46,704 bases of DNA from Dimargaris cristalligena (lineage: Eukaryota). This document shows, one piece after another, positions 11,137 to 21,538 of this stretch (positions are counted from its first letter, which is position 1; every line of letters starts with the position of its first letter). The DNA lies in the NCBI GenBank assembly GCA_003614675.1, contig ML002292.1, forward strand, positions 1 to 46,704, in the 5' to 3' direction. The translations under genes were made by a program, and so were the position numbers. The notes under the pieces are model-generated. The model saw nothing but the letters and a program-made list of their open reading frames with translations. It searched no databases and was not told where the DNA came from.

Positions 11137-12333
11137 ATGCTAACTAAAATCTACAACGGGCGTATTCTGCGTGACCACCAACTGGTCAATAACGCCACCC
11201 TATGGATCGAAAACGGCCAGATTAAAGACGGCGCCGAGGTCTTCTGGAGTGAGAAACGGTCGCCCGACCGTATCATCGACGCCCGGAGCGGGATCATTTG
11301 CCCGGGGTTTATCGACCTTCAAATCAATGGCGCTTTCGGGATTGATTTTTCCGAGCCCACACCGACTTACGCCGAAGACCTACGGCGGGTATCGCGCGGG
11401 TTACTTCAGCACGGTTGTACCTCGTTCTGCCCCACTCTGGTCAGTTCCCAACCCGAGGTCTACCACGAACTTCTTGACTACCTCGCACCCCGGTCGGGCT
11501 CGCTGGACCAGGGGGCCGAGGTGCTAGGGGCCCATTTGGAAGGCCCCTTTATTTGCCCCGAAAAGCGGGGGGCGCATGAGCCAGCGACCCTGCGTACCGC
11601 CGAACAGGGGGGTGCCCAGGCCATCATTGACTGCTACGGAGGTCTCGAACGGCTAACCCGGTCGGCCCGCATTTTGACCGTGGCCCCTGACGTACCGGGC
11701 ATCCTGGACGCCATTCCCACCCTGGCCGCCCTGGGCCTGGTGGTGAGCGAGGGTCATTCCAATGCCACCACGGCCCAGGCCGAGGAGGGGGTCCGCCGGG
11801 GGGCTCGACTCATTACGCACCTCTACAACGCGATGCACCAGTTCCACCACCGCGACCCGGGCCTCATTGGTCTATTGGGAAGTCCGCTCCGGCCCCGGCC
11901 TTACTACGGTATCATCTGCGATGGAATCCACGTTCACCCCAACTCGGTCAAGGTGGCCTATGACGCCCATCCCCGCGGAGCGGTTCTCGTCACGGACGCC
12001 ATGTCCGCCCTGGGACTCGACCCCGGCCTCTATAGTCTCGGCAATATGACCGTACGTAAATTCGACGACCGGGTCTATCTCGACGGCACGGAAACGCTGG
12101 CCGGAAACGTAGTTAATATGATTGATAGTGTGCGTAATTTCCAGCGTTTCACGGGGTGTTCCACGGTCGAAGTTCTGGAAGCGGCTACACTTCACCCCGC
12201 CCAAGTACTGGGGATTACCCACCGCAAAGGAACCCTGCAGCCCGGGGCTGACGCTGATATCCTTATTCTTGACGAACCTGACTTGGCTATCCGGCAGGTT
12301 TTCATTGCCGGCGAAGAAGTCACCGATATCTAG
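11137..12333 (+). CDS. DAC1: N-acetylglucosamine-6-phosphate deacetylase (NagA/AMDHD2), 398 aa
   Basis: First in-frame ATG 11137; motifs PGFIDLQINGAFG, GAHLEGPF, GHS, THLYNAM, HHRDPG, CDGIHVHP, LVTDAM, GADAD. Confidence 0.97.
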   Translation: MLTKIYNGRILRDHQLVNNATLWIENGQIKDGAEVFWSEKRSPDRIIDARSGIICPGFIDLQINGAFGIDFSEPTPTYAEDLRRVSRGLLQHGCTSFCPTLVSSQPEVYHELLDYLAPRSGSLDQGAEVLGAHLEGPFICPEKRGAHEPATLRTAEQGGAQAIIDCYGGLERLTRSARILTVAPDVPGILDAIPTLAALGLVVSEGHSNATTAQAEEGVRRGARLITHLYNAMHQFHHRDPGLIGLLGSPLRPRPYYGIICDGIHVHPNSVKVAYDAHPRGAVLVTDAMSALGLDPGLYSLGNMTVRKFDDRVYLDGTETLAGNVVNMIDSVRNFQRFTGCSTVEVLEAATLHPAQVLGITHRKGTLQPGADADILILDEPDLAIRQVFIAGEEVTDI

Positions 12334-13112
12334 CCCATCTGATACAACTGTACTCCTCGTATTTCCGTTTTTTTTTTCTATGCCTATTTTTTCTTCTTCT
12401 CCTGTTTACAGTGTTCAAGTGGCCTATAGTGATGTAGCGGTTACACACATAATATATAGCCATGTACAATTTTTGTACAATAGCTCAACATCCCGCCTAA
12501 TCATTCATTGGCCTCGGATGGTGGCTGTGTTTTCGAATTCCTAAATAAACCAGATCCTTAATGCCTATCGGAATGGTCACACCATTGTAAGGGATTACAG
12601 AAATGGTGAGACGACGTCGTTTTCTCCCCCCCTGTCTGTAGAGGAGCAACGGAACAGGGCGCATGTTTTTTTTTGGGGGGGGGGGGGCAAACCCACGGTG
12701 CTCGCTATCAAGTTCGCTCACTAAGCTTACGGCTAAATAGGAAGGCGAAGTTATACCGTGGTTACACTGTGATACAACCGCAGTGATATCAAAACGCCTT
12801 TCCTTCCCTTTAAGGCCCTTTTGTAGGGTACTCTAACAATGGAGGTATAAAAAAGTGGATGGGGAGAGGGAGGGGCCACCTCCGTGTCTGGCCTACAAAA
12901 ACCATCTCCATTATAACATAAATACCCAATCGTCCGCTACATTATAGGCCATCTTTACGTGCCGCCATTCGATTATACCGTAGTATTGGACGACACTTAT
13001 TGACTCGGCAACTTGCTCCGTCCACTATTATTTTTACACCGTGTCAGCTTCCCCCTTTCTGTCGTTTACTAAACCGACCCCCACCCGCCTCGATTTTTAG
13101 TACACATTCACT

Positions 13113-14593
13113 ATGGTTCAGGTACCTTTGCTCGCCTTCGTCTGGCTAGGACTCCATGCGGTATACGCCTCAGGGAATCCAACCACCATTACGGGTGCCA
13201 TGAATTCGCTCAGTCTCGACTCGTCCGCCTTGGGCGAGACAGCGTCGGATGGTCCTGGTTACAAGAAAGTCGCGCCAGAAACCTGGCATGATATAATCGA
13301 CCGGGTGCCTCGGAAGACCATAGGACAGTTGGCTAGGGTCGATAAACATCTCCAATCGGTTGTCAATAGCAGCTTCAGAGCGCAGTACCTTAAGGTTAGT
13401 CTAGTTGAGCATTTTCGCACGGTTCATAATAATTGACATGTCTGCCAACTGGTTGAAATATGCGAGGGCCATATTAATCCGGGAACATGAGAATTTACAC
13501 GCCTTTGCCACCCCCTCCCCTCGACCTCAATATATACCTGTATTATATCTTGGGCGACTTATCGCCCATCTACTATTCCTAACCTAATTGAAAGACGGCA
13601 TCGGAAATCAGCAACAATATCGGTGCAAAAGTTTCACGGCGCAGATTATCGAAAGATTCGGTTGATGATGCCATTTTGACCACCGTGTACGATGCTCTGG
13701 GCCCCCAGGCCCGGGCGTATTTCACCGAGACTGTTTATCAAAAACTGTGCGCGGATGGAGTGAGGAATTCCATTCCGGGGGCAAACGGCATGGCCAATAT
13801 TTCAAATTTACCACCAGTGATATTAGCCCAGCAGATGCTAGATCAGGAACATGAGCACCTCAAATACTTGGATTTCGGGTCCCTGAATACCGTAGAACAA
13901 ATCCAAATATTCCCCATCCTTGCTCCAGTGGTGGATAGAAATCAGGGGCTTTTGGTTTGGCTGCTGAATACCCTCCACGATCCCCGCCTACTACTAGCCC
14001 TCAAAGGGCACGTTTTGGAGAGCATTGGGGGTACAGGCCTTATCGCCGAGCTCATGGCCGGCTTCAGTGTCATTATCCCGCATGGCTACCGCAGCCAACT
14101 TATAAATCAGATATGGCTTCCTTGGCTGGTTCTAGCTATGGTGCAAATGAAACGTATCGCCGAGTTGAAAGAGTTGATTGACCTGCGTGGACAATATTCA
14201 CCATGGATGCTCCCGACCGGTCAACTCCTAATCCTTCTGTATACCCTGGAATTACAGCAGGAACTTCCGGCCGGGTTAACTCCCCAGATCTTTCAAACCG
14301 AAAACGCCAGAAAAGGCACCATTCCTCACCAAATCCAGTGTGCTAAAGATTATGGCTTTCAGAAGGCAGCTACGGTCCTTGAAAACATCGAGGTGGCGGA
14401 GCCCACCGCCGAACCGAACGCACCCGTTCGATGTGGCTTCTCTCTTTTCGACCAAAGGTTTGTTCGTATAGATGCCCAGTCGCGACTTATCATTAAGGTT
14501 TATGCACCCATAGTTGATGCCAAATTGGAACATGGTATTGTCTACTTACCTGAATCGGATTTCCAGGCTATTACTAGCACCAGCACCAGCTAA
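13113..14593 (+). CDS. Putative secreted protein with N-terminal F-box-like motif, 2 exons, ~426 aa
   Basis: Exons 13113-13394 and 13595-14593 join in frame (AAG|GTTAGT ... CTAAT-TGAAAG|ACG). Signal-peptide-like MVQVPLLAFVWLGLHAVYA; F-box-like YKKVAPETWHDIIDRVPRKTIGQLARVDKHLQSVVNS; remainder not recognised. Confidence 0.75.
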
Positions 14594-15756
14594 AGGGGGG
14601 CCTGTATTACTCGTTAATCCGGTAGAGCTATCCCCTTATATTCGTTCAATTAAGTTTGCTTTTTTCCTTCTTCAACGGGAATTTGTGTTTAAACAACCAC
14701 TTGGAATGAAATAACTTATACAGTGCAATCAATAATAAATAAGGCTATTTTCTCGCCGCCGGCTTGTCAACTTTCGAAACTTATCAAACCAATACCACGG
14801 ACTCTCCGCCTTTTGGCGGAATAGACGGGGTTGCTTTTAGCACCCTGGGCCCGATAAGTGAGCCGCGGCTATTGGCTACTTTCCCCGATTGTTATTATTT
14901 TCACTTGGTGCGAGGGCCGCGATTTGCAGCAGCAAAATCCTTCACTTCCCACTTATTTCTCCTTTAGGCAATGCCGCTTTTGGCAGTTGGAGCCAGACAC
15001 CCCCATTCATTGGCCATTGGCTAATTGGCTTACTAATCTAATATCAGGCATCAGTAATCACGGGATTAAGGTAGGTAAGGAGGTGTTGCTGACAAACGGG
15101 AAAAGGGTTTTCGTGGTTTTTCAGTGAATGGGGGAATCTCTCCTCTGCTATGGTAACTGCTGCATCCCTGAATTGCCTATTTTTTCGATGGCAAGCTTGG
15201 ATTATAAATCAATTGCGCTACATTGGCTGTATTAGGAAAGTAGTTAATCAAGTTGTTCAAATTCAACATTTTTTGTTGCCAAATATGGGCCGGAAGGGCC
15301 AGGGAAATTAGGGAATGGCTTACACACACATTTATGCCGGCGCTATCGAGCCCACCAGGTACCAACTACGATGCCACTCCCCAATGGCCGCTGGTGCTGC
15401 TATATCCACATGATAGCCAATGGGCGATAAAACGAGTTTATTTGCACATTAACACCTCGCAACCATTCAATCACCCGGTCCTCCCGCTGCACTGTTTGCC
15501 ACTCTCCCGCAAAATCCATGCAGGCCCTCTCTCCCCAATGTGCAAGAGGCTGCTGGCTGGGCGGCCGGTGATGATGATTGGGGTATAAATACTAAGTAAT
15601 TTTCTCCTTCGTTACCTTCCCACACACGACCCTCTCACCTCTACAGTTTGTACCTCCCCTTGGTATCACTTGCACAGCCCCTGCTGCCTACTTTATCAAG
15701 GCCTACTTCGTGATTCCCTCCCTTATCCCTTCCCCCTACCTCTTCATTGTGTATTC

Positions 15757-17112
15757 ATGCTTGACCTGTCCACTGTCGCTGTCGCTATCATCGGTACCAT
15801 CACTACGGCCTATATCCTTCCCCGCCTTCTCAGCCCTACCACCACCACCAATCCCATTATGACCGAAACCAACCCCTCTTCGAACCCCATACGGGTGGTT
15901 ATTATCGGCGCTTCCGTCGCTGGGTCCCCCGTCGCCCTGAAACTGGTCCAGAGTTTCACCAATAGCCAAGTTCACGTGACCGTTATCGACAAGCGGGGCT
16001 ACTATTATTACACGCCCGCCTCCGTCCGGGCCCTGGTGGACAAGGACATGGCCCCGAACGTGTTTGTTCCGCTGGACCATTTATTCGACGGGGCCAAGTA
16101 CGACAAGTCCAGCCATCCGCATCATCAACTCATCCACGGCACCGTGAGCCGAGTGGAAACCGGCCACGTTTACGTGGAAGAGACCGAAACCTCCTACCCG
16201 TACGATTATCTGGTGGTGGCTACGGGCACGGTGTTTAATTCACCGTACCACCACGACCAGGAAACCGACAAGACCAAGTGGGTGGCTCGGGCCCACGGCT
16301 TCACCGACAAACTGCGCGAGGCTAAACGGGTCGTGGTGGTCGGCGGCGGAGCCACCGGGGTCGAAACGGCCGGTGACATTAAGCACGCTTTCCCCGACAA
16401 GCACGTCACCCTCGTCCACAACGGGGACTTGCTTCTCACCCCGGATAGCCCGGACAAATTCCGGCAACGCCTGACGCGGCGCACGAAGGAATTTGGCATT
16501 GACTTAATCTTGGGCGATAAGCTCAACTTCGACCCAACTACGGATGTGGCTTCGTCCGAAACGCCCTTGCCGTTGACCCTCCAGACCTACACCACGGCCA
16601 AGGGCAAGTCACTGGAGGCCGACTTTGTGATTAGCGCCATCGGAGGCCGCGTGTATACCGAGTTTATGGCCCCCCTGCTCGTATCCGTGGCGGGTGACCG
16701 CGACGACCCGTCGGCCGGCGGCGAACTCGTGGTTGCGGGCAAGGGGACCTTGCGCGTTTTGCCTACCCTCCAAATGGCTCACGACCGCCTGGCCCACGTC
16801 TTTGTAGTGGGGGATGCCAATGATTTCCCTTGCGTCAAAACTGCTTTTCGATCGGGCTTCCAGGGCGGCGTGGCTGCACAGAATTTAGTGGCCCTCATCA
16901 AGCAGCGGTTGACCGGATCGACCAAGCCCATCAAATTGGCCCCCTACAAGGATAGTCTCAATGCCATGCTTGTTACTCTGGGCCCCAAGGCCGGTGTGGC
17001 CCTGCTCCCCTTTGGTATTATGGCGGGCGACTGGGTGGTCAGCAAGGTGAAGGGTGCTGATATGCTGCTCGGCAAAGCTTGGGGTGGTGTGGGTGCTACT
17101 TACCCTAAATAA
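15757..17112 (+). CDS. AIF/AMID (AIFM2/FSP1-like) FAD/NAD(P)H pyridine nucleotide-disulfide oxidoreductase family protein, 451 aa
   Basis: FAD motif VVIIGASVAG, YDYLVVATG, NAD(P)H motif VVVVGGGATGVETAGDI, VTLVH, LRVLPTLQ, VFVVGD; N-terminal hydrophobic segment. Confidence 0.9.
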   Translation: MLDLSTVAVAIIGTITTAYILPRLLSPTTTTNPIMTETNPSSNPIRVVIIGASVAGSPVALKLVQSFTNSQVHVTVIDKRGYYYYTPASVRALVDKDMAPNVFVPLDHLFDGAKYDKSSHPHHQLIHGTVSRVETGHVYVEETETSYPYDYLVVATGTVFNSPYHHDQETDKTKWVARAHGFTDKLREAKRVVVVGGGATGVETAGDIKHAFPDKHVTLVHNGDLLLTPDSPDKFRQRLTRRTKEFGIDLILGDKLNFDPTTDVASSETPLPLTLQTYTTAKGKSLEADFVISAIGGRVYTEFMAPLLVSVAGDRDDPSAGGELVVAGKGTLRVLPTLQMAHDRLAHVFVVGDANDFPCVKTAFRSGFQGGVAAQNLVALIKQRLTGSTKPIKLAPYKDSLNAMLVTLGPKAGVALLPFGIMAGDWVVSKVKGADMLLGKAWGGVGATYPK

Positions 17113-18767
17113 TCCAACTGCGAAACATTCAGTTATCTGACTACTGTCTATTGGCGCTAGATATCTACGCGACTCTGTTTTTATACTCTTAATAGGTTCA
17201 TTATTCGTATCTATTGATTCACTCCATTAGTTTGAAATGATGATTACTTTCGCACTACGGCACATTTATTGGTCAACCAGCCATACACCATATCGGTCGC
17301 TAAGTTATTGGACCTATTTTTATTTACCCACTTAGTATAATGATGCCTTTATTTAATAATACTATTCTTATTGCTACAAATATGCCGTTGGTAGGTGGTC
17401 ATCTCAAATAACGCGCGTTACTAAATCGATCCCCAGTGTGACTGAGGGGTTAACCTATGGTGACGGTCAGCTCAACAGTCACGCATGGATAATAACCGAG
17501 AGTTGATCTTATGGTATGACGCGGTCAAAGTCTCGCGGCAACAAAGCCTAAGTTGAAATAATTAGTACCGATGGTGTGACAGGTCTTTCCAGGGATCCTT
17601 GGTGGGGAGGGGGTGATGAACCAGGGGTTTATTTGGGTTGGTTGATGTGAGGTCGTTTACCAAGGCTCGGTCAGCATGAATCCTACACTCCAACCTTTCC
17701 CTCCTCATCTGATTATCAGGAACCGAGTGACGACCAGCTGGCCAGGGCTTGTGGAATAATAATAGCTAACCTACTATAACTAAACCTCCGTAGGGGTAAA
17801 CCGGACATAACCTAATACAAACCGGTTGGCATGCCCAACGGTTGTGCCTAACCAAAGAGAAAATAAGGCGCCACACTCGGACTCGGAATGATTGCACTGG
17901 ACACGGCATCCTTGGGATACCCCAGATACCCCTCCGGCCCCTGAGACTTCGCTCACCACCCAGTGCCTTTGAATATAAATGGACCTGAAGGCCCGAGGTT
18001 GGTCCAATTATTGCGTTAAAAGTTCCTACATTTACATTCCAATGCTTATCCCAGTGTTACTTCATTCCAACACCCTCCCCCCAACCGCGATATTACGCTC
18101 AATCCTAAATCCCCTATTGCAATTCTCCTATAGACCGTACCCATTCGGCCACACTGTGTGTATGCCAGGGTCCCGATTACCCACAGCATCGACTATAAGT
18201 TTATATATTCCCGGAATGCACAGAATATAAAAAATTATTCAAACCCATTAAAACCATTCAATCCTATTCCGCCCGAAATTTAAACCTTAAATCTATCCCT
18301 TTGCATTCCAACTACACCCAGCCTTATACACCATGTCCGTGGATTTAAGACAAGTAACTTTGCCCAAGCACCACCCCCTGCGTACCTTTAAAAGGCGGCT
18401 GATTCTCTGGGGGTGCAGGGCCTTCTTTCACCTACTACGTTACCACTTTTGGGCTACAGTCAGTTCTTTCTACCGACTTTTTGTGCTTTCTATGTTTAAA
18501 TAGGGTACTTTTTGGTTACATTATCTGGGGGTGTGAATTCGCGCATCATCATTACCACCACCAAGATTCATCAATTTAGGGTTGGTATTATATCCCCTCT
18601 ATTTATACCTACGTACTGCATTTGGATATCTAAATCCTATTACTCTAATATTTTGAGACCGTCCATTTGTGACCCTTTAGCTCGACCCTACCGTATTCAG
18701 GTATAAGCCGACCGGGTCATTTTTGTTATATATTTATTTTTTTAAAAAAAAAAACCACTCCACAAAA

Positions 18768-20513
18768 ATGTCCCTCGACAGCGCCATGGTTGGGTCCAAG
18801 GAGTACTACTCCTACCCAACCCCCGCGGGCGTCGAAACCGGTAGCATCAAGAGCGATGTCGATATGGAATCGGGTGCCTCCAACGGTGAGCCGCAGACCT
18901 TGGGCCGCTCCATCGGGGTCCTGAGTGGCAGTGCTTTGGTATCGGGTCTCATGATCGGCTCCGGCATTTTCTCGACACCCGGTCTGACCCTGATGCTCAT
19001 GGGGTCGGCCCCGGCCACTACCCTCATGTGGGTCCTGGGCGCCCTGATTACTTTCTGCGGAGCCGCCAGCTACATTGAGTTGGGAAGTATGTTTACCAAG
19101 TCCGGCGGCGACCAGCTCTACCTCGACAGCGCGTTTCGGAAACCCCTCGGTCTGATTGGCTTCGTATTTACCTTTGTGTTTCTTTTGTAAGTATAGCTGT
19201 AGTTGCGAGTGTTAGGATGTAAGGCCCAGGCAATTAAACCATTATTAATTCAATTGTTCCGGATTATGTTTTCTTCTCGATGTGACCAGTGATACTAACC
19301 ACATTCTATTATTTATCTATGGTGTATGTGCCTTTCTCGTTATAGATGTGTTGAGCCAGCGTCAATCGCCGCCAATGCTGTGGTTTTCGGTGAATACGTA
19401 TTTTACGCCGCTCTGGGCCCCAAAGCTGACATCACCAACCCCTACATTATCGAGCACCTAGGCTGGCTAGAGCGTGCGGTGGGGCTTGTCGGAGTCACCT
19501 TCGCTTTCGGTATTCAACTATTTTCGGTCAAGTGGGCCCTTCGTGCCCAAACCGCCTTCACGTGGGTTAAGATGATGGTCCTGGGTCTCATCTCTATTAC
19601 GGGCCTTGTGGTGCTTAGCGGAGTCACATCGATTCCCCGTAGCCCACTCTGGGCCGAAGGGTTTAAGGGACCCACGAGCGCCCAGCAGGTGTGCAGTACC
19701 CTGTTCCGTGTCCTGTGGGCCTATGACGGATTCAAGAGCCTGTTCTTTTGCCTGGGCGAACTCAAGAATCCGCGCCGTAACGTGATTGTGTGCACGGCCA
19801 GTGGGATTGGTATGGTCACGGTCCTGTACGTTTTGACCATTGTATCTTACTTTACGGTCATTAGTTTCGACGAGGCCATTGCGTCCCAGGAGGTGCTCGC
19901 GGGTTTGTGGGGTTTAAAAGTGTTTGGATCCACCTTTGGTCAGATTATCATCCCCGTGGCCGTGGCTATTTCGTGCCTGGGTTCGGCCGCCGCCGCGGTG
20001 TTCCCCTTTAGTCGAGTGATTATCGAGACGGCCCATATTGGCTACATCCCGCTCGGTCACCTATGGGGTCATATCCATCCCAAGTGGGGTACTCCCGTCT
20101 ACGGTCTTCTCCTGGGCTACGTCCTCACACTCGTCTACCTTTTGGCCCCGCCCCCTGGCGAGGCCTTTGGCTTGCTCGTTGATATCGTCGGCTATCCTAA
20201 TTGGATGTTCACCGGGTTAGTACTTGTCGGGCTCATCTACCTCCGGTACACGGCGCCGGGTCTTGAGCGTCCATTCCGAGTCTGGCTGCCCCTGACCTAC
20301 GTATTTATCACTGTGGCCATTTTCTTGACCGTGTTCCCGTTCGTACCCCCTCTTGATGGGCATATCCTGTCCAAATCGGGCGTGCCCTATTTCACCGCCC
20401 CCCTCGTGGCCGTCTTCATTATGCTCCTAGGAATTCCCACTTGGTACTTCCAGTATTATCAGAAGATTCAAGATGCTGGTGGGATTGTGGAAGATGAGAA
20501 ACCCACTCAGTAG
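18768..20513 (+). CDS. APC-superfamily amino acid permease (LAT/Mup1-like), 2 exons, ~528 aa
   Basis: Exons 18768-19186 and 19346-20513 (TT|GTAAGT ... TAG|A, in frame). Motifs MIGSGIFSTPG, YIELG, SGGDQLYL, WAYDGF, ELKNPRRN, ERPFRV; many transmembrane-like segments. Confidence 0.92.
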
Positions 20514-21127
20514 TGCCATACGTTCCCAATAATCTACCTGGGGTACTCCAAAGGGAGGGCCTCTAGATTAAATGGTAGAGCTGGAAGTATCGAAAGAGTA
20601 ATTGTATTTAAATTTAGTCTCCACAACGAACACAGGAAAAGAAGCACCACGTATAAGTGGCTGGACTACCTGCTACTAGATATCTACTTAATTTAGTACT
20701 ATTGAGCCTTAACTGGCAATAAATATTCATTCGAAAACAATATTCGCATTATAAATACGCGAGTGGAACAGTGTCCCAAATAGGGTACCTAAAGTCAAGC
20801 ATGCTTAAAGCAACTGGTTTGGTCTACGTAATGAGAGTTCAATTAAACCCCGAATATTCTCCGGGGGACTGTTAAGGCAAGTCATCGATGGCTCTATACG
20901 AGTCTCAACAGGTTTGTGGGCCAGTTACACTATCAGGGTTTAATAGTAGATATGCTATCCTTACAATTGGCAGAAAAAATCAAGATACAATAAATAAGTT
21001 TTAGAATAGAAAACAATTCACTCTACAAACCCATACAGTATGGCAAAATACAGTCCAAGTACCTATAATTTGGCAAGTCAATTTAGAGTCGATAATTTTA
21101 GGGAGTTGGGGGGATATGGGATGATAA

Positions 21128-21538
21128 TTAAAAGTAGACCCCGGAGCCACTCGAGAAGAGGCAGGAACTCCAGCTTCGATAGGGTCTTCCCGAGGGCTGG
21201 AGGGAGGCATGGCAAATGGCCGGAGGACAGGGGGTAGGAACCCGGGGGATTGCTGGCCGCGTAGGATGGGAAGGCCCAGAAGCATCGGCAGACAGGGCAC
21301 AGGGGGCGGATCTTATTGTTTGGTCATGAGCTAGTGGGTGCAGGGGCATAGGGGCGGTGTGAGGGGGGAACTCGGTCGACTCGAGGTCCATGCTGCTGTC
21401 CGCGGCCGGCATGGACAGCATAGTCCCGGTGGGTATTTCGAAATGGGGCAGGTCGGGGAAGGCCAGCTCATTAAGAAGGCGCTTGCGATTAGCCACCTCG
21501 GTATGGTCGGTATGCTTACGCTTCAGGCCTTGTGTCAT
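21128..21538 (-). CDS. Small hypothetical protein, 136 aa, basic N-terminus, Pro-rich
   Basis: ATG in ACCATG context; GC-rich ORF between AT-rich flanks; KRKH...RKR bipartite-NLS-like start. No family recognised. Confidence 0.55.
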   Translation of the reverse strand: MTQGLKRKHTDHTEVANRKRLLNELAFPDLPHFEIPTGTMLSMPAADSSMDLESTEFPPHTAPMPLHPLAHDQTIRSAPCALSADASGPSHPTRPAIPRVPTPCPPAICHASLQPSGRPYRSWSSCLFSSGSGVYF

